DNA of 28,319 nucleotides from Octopus sinensis (GCF_006345805.1 NW_021833491.1:1-28319), one strand, 5' to 3'. Shown: positions 1 through 10,850, counted from the stretch's first letter. The notes: generated by a model from the sequence alone, not told the origin. Program-made: numbers and translations.

Positions 1-215
1 AAATCAGATAAAGGGCCTTGTGTTATTTCTTCATGGTTTTTGCTTTCTGTCCTTGAAATCATAAATTTGGCGACCTTACTAGTGATGATGCCACAAATTA
101 GGCACCAAGGACACACTGTAAAGTGGTTGACATTAGGAATGGCATGTTGCAATAGAAACCATACCAAAGCTGACAATGGGATTTAGCACAGCACTGTTAC
201 TTGAAATATGGGCAT

Positions 216-343
216 TGATTGATGATGATGATGATGACGATGATGACGACGATGATGATGATGATGACGACAACGGTGACGATGATGATGATGATGGTGG
301 TGGTGGTGGTGGTGATGATGATGGTGATGATGACGACAATGAT
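216..343. repeat. Compound trinucleotide microsatellite (GAT/GAC/GGT)n
   Basis: Directly visible. It explains the poly-D/poly-S/poly-I ORFs at 133-430. Confidence 0.95.
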
Positions 344-411
344 GTATATATAAATGTACCTACATATATACATATACATATATATATAAACAAATACATA
401 TTATACATATA

Positions 412-467
412 CAGGGGTTGGACAAAATAATGGAAACACCTAGCATCATAGCATCATAATTTTGAAA
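412..467 (+). mobile_element. Left end (TIR) of a Tc1-like DNA transposon, truncated by a mariner insertion
   Basis: TA|CAGGGGTTGGACAAAATAATGGAAACACC: a TA target followed by a CAG-starting TIR typical of Tc1-type elements. No partner TIR was found in the window. Confidence 0.55.
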
Positions 468-469
468 TA

Positions 470-1113
470 TCAGGTCATCCCATAAGTTCTGTCCGAATTT
501 TGAATAAAGAAAACAAGTGATCAAATGTTATATTTAATTGAAATTTAATCATCAATGTACCTTCCCTGATTATCTTTGACTTCCCTTTATCTATTTACAA
601 ACTTTTTAATCGCATCAGTGTAAAACTCTTTTGGTTTCAAAGCAAAGAACTCTGAAATGTCAGTTTCAACCTCCTCCTGGCTTGCGAAAGTTATGTCACC
701 CGAATGATTCTGTAAACTATGAAATAAATGGTAGTCTGAAGGAACAAGCTTCAGGAGAATAAGGTGGATGAAGAATGTTTTCCCAACCAAGCTCTTCGAT
801 CTTCTGTGATGTGATCTTTGCAGTGTGGGGTCACACATTGTCCTGATGAAACATCACTCCTTTTCGATTCACTAAAGCAGGTCTTTTTTTTCTTTAAAGC
901 TTGGTTCAAACGTTCTAATTACTGAAAGTAAACTTGAGCATTGATTGTTGCATTAGGTGGTAACAATTCAAAGTGAATTACTCCTTTGCAATCCCACCAG
1001 ATAGAGAGAAGAACCTTTTCCTCATGAAGTTCCCTTCTTGGTTGTGGTTGAGCTTTTTCCCTTTTACCGAGCCACTATTTATGACGTTTAACATTTCAAT
1101 AGAAGATCCATTT
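470..1113 (-). mobile_element. Mariner (DD34D) transposase pseudogene, 5'-truncated, with its right TIR at about 470-500
   Basis: Manual minus-strand translation gives KWIFY*NVKRHK*W...KVLLSIWWDCKGVIHFELLPPNATINAQVYFQ*LERLNQALKKK/RPALVNRKGVMFHQDNV*PHTAKITSQKIEELGWENILHPPYSPE/LVPSDYHLFHSLQNH...EFFALKPKEFYTDAIKKFVNR. This contains the mariner HxDNARPH and YSPDLAPSDY motifs, with stops and frameshifts. TIR-like TA|TCAGGTCATCCCATAAG lies at 468-486. Confidence 0.93.
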
Positions 1114-1184
1114 ATATATATGTTGTGTTTATCAAATAATGTGCGTGCGTGTGTGTGTGTGTGTGGTGTGTGTATTTAGCTATA

Positions 1185-1332
1185 GTTGTGGGCAAAAAAG
1201 TTTGCTTCTCATCCACTTGGTTTCCGGTTCAGTCTCACTGTGTGGTGTATTGGGCAAGTATCTGCTACTATAGCCCCAGGCCAATCAAAGCCTTGTGAGT
1301 GGATTTGTTAAATGGAAATTGAGAGAAGCCCA
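1185..1332 (+). mobile_element. Old, diverged 5' fragment of family-A tRNA-derived SINE
   Basis: Degenerate match to the family-A head and core (ttgggcaagt...tatagcccc...gccttgtgagtggatttg...gagaagccc). Confidence 0.7.
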
Positions 1333-1389
1333 TAATGTTTGCTTTGATTTCATATGATAGTTGTAAGTCATACAAGCAGTGTCGTTCAT

Positions 1390-1558
1390 CTCCAATCTTC
1401 CACGGAAACAAGTCCAGCCATGGGAAAATATTACCTTTCTTGGAAGCAACCGAAGGTTAGCAACAGGAAGAGCATCCAGCTGTAGAAATCTGCCTCAGTA
1501 TATTCTGTGTGATCTATCTAAGCATGGAAAAGTGAACGTTAAAACAATGATGATGATA
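1390..1558 (+). mobile_element. Diverged SINE/LINE 3' fragment with an RTE-type (ATG)n tail
   Basis: Contains ggaagagcatccagctgtagaaa, shared with 10210-10230 and 12040-12070, and ends in gttaaaacaatgatgatgat. Confidence 0.55.
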
Positions 1559-1688
1559 AATACACATGTGTATTAAAATGCACAAACATGCTTGTGCATT
1601 TTAATACCTGCTCGCAATATAGAGGTTTACAGTTATCATACAGGCACTTCAAATTTCTTTTAAAACATTTTATTGCATTTAAATTTCT

Positions 1689-2002
1689 GGTGCAGGAGTG
1701 GCTGTGTGGTAAGTAACTTGCTTACCAACCACATAGTTCCAGGTTCATTCCCTCTGCCTGGCACCTCGGGCAAGTGTCTTCTACTATAGCCTCGGGCCGA
1801 CCAAAGCCTTGTGAGGATTTGGTAGACGGAAACTGAAAGAAGCCCATCGTATATATATGTATATATATATGTATATGTATGTATATGTTTATATGTCTGT
1901 GTTTGTCTCCCCCACAAAATCGCTTGACAACCGATGCTGGTGTGTTTACTTCCCCGTAACTTAGTGGTTCGGCAAAAGAGACCGATAGAATAAGTATATA
2001 TG

Positions 2003-2039
<37 letters not shown>

Positions 2040-2321
2040 ATGTGTGTGTACATGTGTGTATGTGTGTGTGTTTGTATGTGTGTGTATTTGTGTGTGTATG
2101 TGTGTGAGTTTGTGTGTCTGTGTTTGTCCTCACAATATCGCTTGACAACCGATGCTGGTGTGTTTACATCCTTGTAACTTAGCAGTTCGGCAAAAAAGAG
2201 ACCGATAGAATAAGTACTAGGCTTCCAAAGAATAAGGCCCGGGGTCGATTTGCTCGACTAAAGGCGGTGCTCCAGCATGGCCGCAGTCAAATGACTGAAA
2301 CAAGTAAAAGAGTAAAAGAGT
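1689..2321 (+). mobile_element. Family-A tRNA-derived SINE with an internal duplication
   Basis: Pol III A-box-like gtggctgtgtggtaag and B-box-like ggttcattccc, then core, internal (TA/TG)n, 3' hairpins and an (AAAAGAGT)n tail. Segment about 1893-1997 is repeated at about 2113-2218. Confidence 0.9.
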
Positions 2322-2497
2322 AGAATAATGGTTTCATATTTTTTTTATTATTAAGATTTAAACTGTTAATATATATGAATGCAAAAGAGATAGTTTATAA
2401 CTGTAAACCTACTTTTGGGCCACCTTATATATGGTTTGTAAGCTGTACTTGTTAAATTATATATGCTTATATACACACACATTTAACCAAAGCAATT

Positions 2498-2896
2498 CTT
2501 TTTTTTTTTTTTTAACTTGTTTAAGTCATTTGACTGCGGCCATGCTGGAGCACCGCCTTTAGTCGAGCAACTCGATCCCGGGACTTATTCTTTGTAAGCC
2601 CAGTACTTATTCTATCGGTCTCTTTTGCCGGAACCGCTAAGTGACGGGGCGGGGACATAAACACCCCGCATCGGTTGCCAAGCAATGCTAGGGGGACAAA
2701 AAACAGACACGCATTTATATATATATATACTATAACAGCGGGCTTCTTCAGTTTGTCTACCAAATCACTCACAAGGCTTTGGGTCGGCCAAAGGCTATAG
2801 TAGAAGACACTTGCCCAAGGTGCCACACAGTGGGACTGAACCTGGAACCATGTGGTTGGTAAACAAGCTACTTACCACACAGCCACTCCTGCGCCT
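2498..2896 (-). mobile_element. Family-A SINE, full length, poly(A)-type tail
   Basis: Reverse complement of the family-A consensus, from ggcgcaggagtggc (2896) to a T-run at 2498-2513. Confidence 0.92.
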
Positions 2897-3089
2897 ATGT
2901 TATTATTTATATACATGCATGCATGAGAGTGCAGACGTATATGTGGGCACCTTTGCATGTGTGTGTATTTGGGCGTTTGAATATATATTTATCGCCTGGT
3001 GGGTGCATGTGTGAATTTCGTTATGTATATATGAATGTGTCTGCCTCTTTATGTGTTTATATGTATGTGTTTATGCTATCTGTACATAT

Positions 3090-3103
3090 ATCTGTGTATG
3101 AAT

Positions 3104-3137
<34 letters not shown>

Positions 3138-3413
3138 CATATGTATATATATATATATGTATATATTAGATGTATTATATATAGAGGGATATATATAGAT
3201 ATATCATGTATATATTCTAGTATATATATATTATATATCTATATAAATATCTATATATATATATAATATATATATATATATATAGATATAATATAGTATA
3301 TATATATAATATATTTATATATATATATATATATATAGTATATATGTATATATAATATAGAATAATTAACTATAAATAGATATATATATTATATATATAT
3401 AATATTGTGTATA

Positions 3414-3445
<32 letters not shown>

Positions 3446-3587
3446 ATATACATAATATCTGTGCATGATAATATTAATATATATATATATATTATATATA
3501 TATATATATGTATGGGGAATGTCTGTATGTATATTCGTGGATGCATGCAACTATGTAAGTGTGTATATGTGTATGTATACACATGTT

Positions 3588-3636
<49 letters not shown>
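3090..3636. repeat. Long degenerate (TA)n low-complexity tract followed by (TG)n
   Basis: Directly visible. Confidence 0.95.
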
Positions 3637-3639
<3 letters not shown>

Positions 3640-3826
3640 ACAATGTTTAGTTATCCTACTTAAAAACAAAATGTAAATATAACTGTTTGAATAAACAATC
3701 TTCTTCAGGGTCATGAACATGGAGGGCCTATCTTGACAGCTGAATGCCAGCACGCACACACACACACACCACATACACACACACATACACACACACACAA
3801 ACATGTGTATACATTGTGAATGTCTA

Positions 3827-4260
3827 TGTGGCTGAGTGGTAAGACATTTGCTTCCCAACCACATGGTTCTGGGTTCAGTCCTACTGCATTGCTTCCACAT
3901 CACATAGTAACAGATTCAGTCCCATTGCCTATCCTCTGGCTCACTAAATGCTTGTGAGGAGATTTGGTAGATGGAAACTGAAAGAAGCCCATCATATGTA
4001 TGTGCATATATGTGCATATGTATCTATGTATGTGTGTGTGTTATCATGTGTGTGTGTTTGTCCCCCACCACCACTGGACAGCTGGTGTTGGTGTGTTCAT
4101 GTCTCCATAACTTAGCAGTTCAGCAAAAGATACTGATAGAATAAGAACAAGGTTTAAGGAAAAATATGCGCTGGAGTCAATTCATTCGATTAAAACTTCT
4201 GCAAGGTGGTTCCAAAACATGGTCGCAGTCTAATGACTGAAGCAAGTAAATGATAAATAA
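3827..4260 (+). mobile_element. Older family-A-related SINE, with a short interruption at about 3895-3945
   Basis: Head gtggctgagtggtaag...ggttcagtcc, core gatttggtagatggaaactgaaagaagccc, 3' end cagtctaatgactgaagcaagtaaa. Confidence 0.75.
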
Positions 4261-4324
4261 ATATATATATATATATATAAGTATGTATATATATATATAT
4301 GTATGTATGCATGTATGTATGTAT

Positions 4325-4742
4325 ATTCTTTATTCTTTTATTCTTTTACTTGTTTCAGTCATTTGACTGCGGCCATGCTGGAGCACCGCCTTTAGTCGAG
4401 CAAATCGACCCCGGGACTTATTCTTTGTAAGCCCAGTACTTATTCTATCGGTCTCTTTTGCCGAACCACTAAGTGACTAGGACGTAAACACACCAGCATC
4501 GGTTGTCAAGCAATACTAGGGGGACAAACACGGACACACAAACCTACACACACACACAATAATATATATAATACATATATACGACGGGATTCTTTCAGTT
4601 TCCATCTACTAAATCCACTCACAAGGCATTGGTCGGCCCGGGGCTATAGCAGAAGACACTTGCCCAAGATGCCATGCAGTGGGACTGAACCCGGAACCAT
4701 GTGGCTGGTTAGCAAGCTACTTACCACACAGCCACTCCTGCA
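4325..4742 (-). mobile_element. Family-A SINE, full length, (AAAAGAAT)n tail
   Basis: Reverse complement of the family-A consensus. Confidence 0.92.
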
Positions 4743-4794
4743 TATATGCATATATATATGTATATATGTGTGTGTGTATATATATATAAAATAC

Positions 4795-4990
4795 AAAATG
4801 GGGCAAGAACACAAAGCATCCAGATAGATGATACAAAGTAAATAAGGGTGGGTCATTCGGAGTTTTCTTTCCTCAGTCGAGTTCCAAATTATCTTTGCAA
4901 TTTCAGCTGGTTATACATGAGGTTGCTCCAATCTGGCCAGCCCCAAGGAAAAACTGAGCTAAGAGCACTAGATTCCTTGGAAGAAAGTAG
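4795..4990. repeat. Unclassified interspersed-repeat-like segment abutting (TA)n, possibly Penelope-like
   Basis: Compositionally distinct block next to a TA tract. The minus strand has a partial CTGAGGA...GAA motif (see rejected list). Confidence 0.3.
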
Positions 4991-5205
4991 TAAAATGAAC
5001 ATTCTTATCCCTTAAACAGTTATTCCAACCGAAATACTATTTGTAATTCTGTATTGATTCGTTTGGAAAAATGTGTCACTCAAGAAGGACTTCAGTTTGA
5101 ATAATTTTCATGATGTTTCATATTTAGATGCTTTTATTAAATTCATTCAGTTGTTAAGCATAAATAAATCTTGGAATTAAATGGTTTTGATTTACGGTGT
5201 ATGCT

Positions 5206-5534
5206 GAGACCCCACCTTCAGTCATGATTGACCATTGGGATTGTACCTAGAAAGTTACCCGTCCAAGCACAAGTCTGAGCAATGATGTTTATGGAAGACC
5301 AGCAGTCGCCCATGCACACCGGCCTCCCCTCTCCACACCACCAGTATTATCCAAGGGAAAGGCAAAGGGGCCGATACAGCTTGGCACCAGTCCAGTGATG
5401 TCACAACTCATTTCTACAGCTGAGTGAACTGGAGCAACGTGAAATAAAGTGTCTTGCTCAAGAACACAACACACAGCCCAGTCCAGGATTCGAACTCACA
5501 ACCTCACATTCATAAGCTCGATGCTTTAACCACT
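5206..5534 (-). mobile_element. tRNA-derived CORE-like SINE with an RTE-related tail
   Basis: On the minus strand: A-box agtggttaaagc, B-box gagttcgaatcc, then CORE-like ttgagcaagacactttatttcacgttgctccagttcactcagctg. Confidence 0.75.
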
Positions 5535-6632
5535 TTACTGTGTGTGTGTGTATGTATATATATATATATGTATATATATATAATATTCTTCTGTGGCATA
5601 CTACATGGTGAAGTCATTGAAATCTTTCAAACTGTCCAGACCATGCCATCTGGAAAGTAGATTCAAAGAATATTGATGATGGTGATGATGATGATGTTGT
5701 GATGAAGCTGTGTGTGTGTGTGTGTGTGTGTTTGGTGTGGTGTACATATTCTCGAGCCTAATTACAAAGTCTCCGCATCAGTCAAATCTTTAGAATGCTG
5801 TCTGAGTGAAATGTCTAGTTATGTATTTTTAAATTATAATTACCAAATACATATACTAATATGTACACGCAAACACACACACACACACAGCCATATATAT
5901 ACACATAATATATATACATAAATACACATGTGTATGTGTGTGTGTGTGTTTTTGAGCATATATAGCATCAAAATAAATATATGCAGATATTTATTTATAT
6001 ATACACATGTTCATAATTTTGAAACCCGTCACTTCATATATGATAATAATAATAATAATGATAATAATAAAATAATGTGTAATATTAAAAAAATATTTTG
6101 ACCAGACCTTAATTCATACAAGACTTCAATTTCGTTTTGGAATTATAAATAATACAAACAACTCAATTACATTTGCTGCTATTCATCATTCCTTACCAAA
6201 TTTGATTCTTCAGACAAAAAATACTCACAGGAATCTGTCTAAAGTTTAAAGTTCTCTTTGGGGAGTCAATAGAAGTTTTGGGCCCCCAAAAAAAATTTTG
6301 CAAGTAAATTCATGTGCAAACCACATGCTTAAAAATATTTCAAAGTTTTTTGTTTTTTTTTAAGAAATAAAAAAATGTAATTGAATAAAAAAAATACAAT
6401 AAAAAGACAGAAAATAGTTCAGTCAGTACTTGATGAAATATTTTTGGTAAGCTAGCCATTTGTTGTTTCATGCCAGTTCCATACCGTTCTTTTAAGAAAG
6501 TCTTTAATGTCAATGTGTAAACCAGATGCATGTGAAATAGTCCCAAAGAATTATACATGTATATATAGAGAAAGGCATGTATATATATATATATATATGG
6601 AATATATATGCATGTGTATATGTGTGTATCTA

Positions 6633-6719
<87 letters not shown>

Positions 6720-6895
6720 GAAAGAAAAAGTATGACTTCACTGGTAGTTCTTAACCAGTTTAATTATTCTTAAAAAATTAAAAATAATAAATTAGACCGA
6801 TTAGAACTACCAGTTAAGTCATTCTTTTCCTTTTTTTCAGATATATCTAACTGTACCAAGAATCTCACATATTTTGCAATATATAGATGTGTGTA

Positions 6896-6927
<32 letters not shown>

Positions 6928-6931
6928 ATGT

Positions 6932-7329
6932 GTGGCTGTGTGGTAAGTAGCTTGCTTACCAGTCACATGGTTCTGGGTTTAGTCCCACTGCATGGCACCT
7001 TGGGCAAGTGTCTTCTACTATAGCCTCGGGCCGACCAAATCCTTGTGAGTGGATTTGGTAGACAGAAACTGAAAGAAGCCCGTCGTATATATGTATATAT
7101 GTATATGTACGTGTGTGTGTATATGTTTATGTGTCTGTGTCCCCGAACATTACTTGACAACCGATGGTGGTGTGTTTACGTCCCCGTAACTTAGCGGTTC
7201 AGCAAAAGAGACCGATAGAATAAGTACTAGGCTTACAAAGATAAGTCCTGGGGTCGATTTGCTTGACTAATGGTGGTGCTCCAGCATGGCCACAGTCACA
7301 TGACTGAAAAAAGTAAAAGAGTAAAAGAT
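6932..7329 (+). mobile_element. Family-A SINE
   Basis: Matches the family-A consensus from gtggctgtgtggtaagtagc to the aagtaaaagagtaaaaga tail. Confidence 0.92.
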
Positions 7330-7889
7330 ATATATATATATATATATACATATATTGGTAAAATCAGTAAGATAACAAAAGAAAGAAAGAGACCTCAAGA
7401 TTATGTAAATAGAGGAAATTCATCTGTAAATATATATATATATATATATATATTAACATTAACATTAATATTAATATTAATATTACTATTAATATTTCTT
7501 ATCCTCCAAGGTGAATTCCTTTGACTTTGTGAAAAAAACAAAATAATCCAAGAAAACCAACAGAGTCTGAAATCGGCATTATCACAAAGAAAAAGAAAGA
7601 AAATGTTCATTGAATAAAGTTTAGATCTTGAAATATATTTTTGTATCATAAGAAAAGGTGAATTTTTAGTACTTCAGGCAAGACTATATGATTGGTTGCA
7701 ACACCAGGACAAGTGCATCAGACATCTGTTATTACAGTCTGAACTCAAGTCATCCTTGATCAAACAGACCTATGATCAAGGGTGACCTAGCTATTATAAC
7801 TATCTGTGGTCCAGATGTTTTATCACAGAATTTTTAACTACCAGATACATAAATATATCTTATCAGTTTTACTATTATTCTACAGCGAC

Positions 7890-7942
<53 letters not shown>
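7890..7942. repeat. (ATT)n microsatellite
   Basis: Directly visible. Confidence 0.95.
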
Positions 7943-7943
<1 letters not shown>

Positions 7944-7970
7944 TCATTATTCCCTCTTCTAACACTGTAA

Positions 7971-8170
7971 CCATTTCATTACCAACCCAGCTGAAACCAG
8001 CTCTGGCTCTGAGTACAAATGTCTTGTTTTCATAAGTTTTGAATTAAAATCTTCCACCAAACCTTAGTCACAATTTATGTTCCTAACATTAGCTGAATGA
8101 TAACAAAGTTATATATTTAAAGTAATTGAAAGAAACAGAGCATCTCAAAATAAATACAGTATCGAAAGGG
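7971..8170. mobile_element. piggyBac-like MITE (TTAA target, CCC-starting TIR)
   Basis: Right end gtatcgaaaggg|TTAA (8171-8174); degenerate left end gtaa|ccatttcattacc. Confidence 0.6.
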
Positions 8171-8667
8171 TTAATTACTCTGTTTCCGCATCATACACTT
8201 CCCTATTTTTACCCTCCCACCCTACTAATTTATCCTTTATCATCACCTTCTCTTCTGTTTACCTTTTTGGTCTCATTATCTTGAATGAACAGAGGAAATG
8301 TAAAGTAGGAAGAACTTTTTATGCTTGCAGGGTACAAGGTGACTCAACTAATGCTGGTGCCATGATAAAATGCATCCTGTACACACTTTTTGGTGAGGGA
8401 GCAGAAATTATGTAGCCTTTAGTCTTGTCAAGAACATGACTAACTCTTTAGTGCTCAGACCATGATAAAATGTACCCAGTACACTCTACAAAATGGGTGA
8501 TGCCCGGAAGAGCATCCAACTATAGAAAACATCTCAGGAGTAGAATGTATATACAAGACATGGTTCTCTGACTATGTAGGTGGGTAGTAACTTGGAAAAC
8601 TTATGTATGAGGATCATAGTGACCTATTCAACCCAAATAAACATTGAGACCAGACATAATATGATAT

Positions 8668-8810
8668 TGGTGGTGGTGGTGGTGACGGCGGCAGCAGTGG
8701 TGGTGGTGGTGGCAGCGGCAGTGGAAGTGGTGGTGGTGGTGATGGTGAGAGATTGATGATGATGATGATGATGATGATGAGGAGGAGGAGGAGGAGGAGG
8801 AAGAGGATGA
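8668..8810. repeat. Compound (GGT)/(GAT)/(GGA) trinucleotide microsatellite
   Basis: Directly visible. It produces the poly-T/H/P ORF 8624-8959. Confidence 0.95.
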
Positions 8811-8934
8811 TAACTGAATGAAAATAAAGTTAACCTACTTAAGATTTTTTTACAACAAACTTTTAAAAAAATGACCCCTTTTGAGGGAAAAAAAATTAAA
8901 TGTAAAGGATAATTAACCTTGTGGGCAGTAAAGA

Positions 8935-9275
8935 AATAAGAAGCTTGCTTCCCAACCACATAGTTCCAGGTTCAGTCCCACTGCTTGGTACTTTGGGCAA
9001 GTGTCTTCTACTATAGCCTCGAACCAACCAAAGCCTTGTGAGTGGATTTGGTAGATGGAAACTGAAAGAAACCCATCATATATATGTGTGTGTGTTGTGT
9101 GTGTGTGTGTATCTATGAGTGTGTCTTTGTGTCTGTTTTTCCCCACTATCACGATTCAACAACCGGTGTTGGTTTGTTTATGTCCCCATAACCTAGCAGT
9201 TCGGCAAAAGAGACTGAAAGAAGTACTAGGCTTAAAAAAAGAATAGTCTTGGGGGGGGGGGGGGTCAGTTTGTTT
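8935..9275 (+). mobile_element. Older family-A SINE, truncated
   Basis: aagcttgcttcccaaccac...ggttcagtccc...gagactgaaagaagtactaggctt. Confidence 0.75.
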
Positions 9276-9277
9276 AA

Positions 9278-9315
<38 letters not shown>

Positions 9316-9338
9316 GCAATAATAATAAATAATAATAA

Positions 9339-9449
9339 TGATGCATGTGCCTGGTGTACTCTTATCAGACGGGTAGTCATGATGGGTATATTGGGCTTCG
9401 TATATTTTACCCCAGTGTCACTTTGATGGCATGAACTGCTCTCTCACTC

Positions 9450-9450
<1 letters not shown>
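9339..9450 (+). mobile_element. 3' end of a non-LTR element embedded in (TAA)n
   Basis: 110/112 identical by manual comparison to the reverse complement of 17335-17446. (AAT)n lies on both sides. Confidence 0.8.
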
Positions 9451-9486
<36 letters not shown>

Positions 9487-9614
9487 GAATTATTGTATAC
9501 AGTGTTCAGGTGCACCACAACTTGTCAAAAGTGTGTATAAAGGTTTCACTAAAACTTTTCCAAGTGGTGCTCCAGCATTGACACAGTCAAATGACTAATT
9601 CAAGTAAAGAAATA

Positions 9615-9735
9615 AAAAAAATTAAAGAATATCATCAAAATCTTAAAGCTATGAGATAATGCATGATTAATTGAAAACAATGTGAGTGAATAAGCTTTAC
9701 ATTTGACAGAGAAACCTGAATGCTAAAGAATTGAA
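9615..9735. mobile_element. Degenerate DNA-transposon (piggyBac-MITE-like) fragment
   Basis: Ends in aacctgaatgctaaagaattga, resembling a decayed ...gctaaagggTTAA terminus. Confidence 0.35.
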
Positions 9736-9779
9736 TTAAGATCTTCCATCAAAATGTGTTAATTTAATTCCAAGCACTA

Positions 9780-10345
9780 TACCAGTGCCGGTGGTACGTA
9801 AGAGAACCGAACGTGGTCATTGCCAGCGCTGCCCCGACTGGCCTCGTGCCAGTGGGACGTAAAAAGCACCATCTGATCATGGCCGTTGCCAGCCTCGCCT
9901 GGCCCCCGTGCCGGTGGCTCATAAAAAGCACCATCCAATCGTGGCCGTTTGCCAGCCTCATCTGGCACCTGTGCCGGTGGCACATAAAAAGCACCATCCA
10001 ATCGTGGCCGTTTGCCAGCCTCATCTGGCCCCCGTGCCGGTAGCACATAAAAAGCACCATCCAATCGTGGGTGTTTGCCAGCCTCATCTGGCACATAAAA
10101 AGCACCATCCGATCATGGCCGTTTGCCAGCCTCGCCTGGCCCCCGTGCCGGTGGCACGTAAAAAGCACCAATCGATCATGGCTATTGCCAGCCTCATCTG
10201 GCACGTAAAAAGCACCAGCTGTAGAAACATTGCCAGATCAGACTGGGCCTGGTGCAGCCTTCTGGCTTTCCAGACCCCAGTTGAACAGTCCAACCCATGC
10301 TAGCATAGAAAGCGGACGTTAAATGATGATGATGATGATGATGAT
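9780..10345 (+). mobile_element. GC-rich SINE-like retroelement with an internal ~63-bp VNTR and an (ATG)n tail
   Basis: Seven aaaaagcacc-anchored units, mostly 62-63 bp, with two collapsed ~47-bp units. The 3' part is homologous to 11690-12060 (minus). The element ends in gttaaatgatgatgatgatgatgat. Confidence 0.85.
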
Positions 10346-10461
10346 CTTAATTACAACAGTTATTTTACTAAATTCTTCATTACTTTTGAAATTATTAAAG
10401 TCGATGAAATTCTATAGAAATTTAGTATTGTATTTTCTGGCAGACATGTTGGTTTAGTACA

Positions 10462-10850
10462 TCTTTATATATAAAAGTGAAGTTGTGTGAGTGTCTGTCT
10501 CCTACGATTTAGATTCCTAACTACTCCAACATTTTGCGGTGCAGTTTAACCAAAACCGGGTATCTTATAGTCGTGATTCATATCAAGCCCTTCTGGGTAT
10601 TAGCTCGCATCTACAATGAGTCTACGATTTTTAAAATAATTTACCATCATTTTTTTCCATTTTAATGCATTTTTTCGCTATTATATAAGGGAAGTAACTC
10701 TCTAAAAATGTCTACGATAAGTCAACGATTTAAAAAAAATTTACCATAATTTTTTTTTCCATTTTTTGCTATTTTTTGGCTATAACTCTCTAAAAATGCT
10801 TCATAGTTATTTCCCTTACAAACCCGAGCAACGCCAGGCGATACTGCTAG
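10462..10850 (+). mobile_element. Non-autonomous Helitron, family H1
   Basis: A|TCTTTATATATA 5' end; 3' hairpin cccgagcaacgccagg about 12 nt before CTAG|T; no TSD; homologous to 17901-18400. Confidence 0.9.

Noticed and set aside
841-852. CTGATGAAAC motifs at 843 (plus) and about 25340-25350 (minus)
   Set aside because: There is no stem II between CTGATGA and GAAA. The motifs lie within the mariner ORF (antisense) and the Helitron 5' region respectively.
4855-4880. Minus-strand CTGAGGA-aagaaaactcc-GAAT hammerhead-like motif
   Set aside because: Stem II barely pairs, GAAA is GAAT, and I could not find a stem I or a cleavage triplet. It is worth revisiting only with a family consensus.
6197-6233. 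Minus-strand AG|ATTCCT|GTGAGTA 6-nt micro-exon, or a 37-nt exon ending at GTAAGG
   Set aside because: The donors are good, but the acceptor has a poor pyrimidine tract and no other minus-strand exon supports it. It is compatible with chance.
7500-7570. Minus-strand acceptor-like ttcAG followed by short open frames (TLLVFLDYFVFFTKSKEFTLEDKKY* or SVGFLGLFCFFHKVKGIHLGG*)
   Set aside because: There is no GT donor, both frames end in stops, and I recognise no homology.
9846-10216. Regularly spaced repeats resembling a CRISPR array
   Set aside because: The 'spacers' are themselves near-identical, so this is a tandem VNTR. The context is eukaryotic and there are no cas genes.
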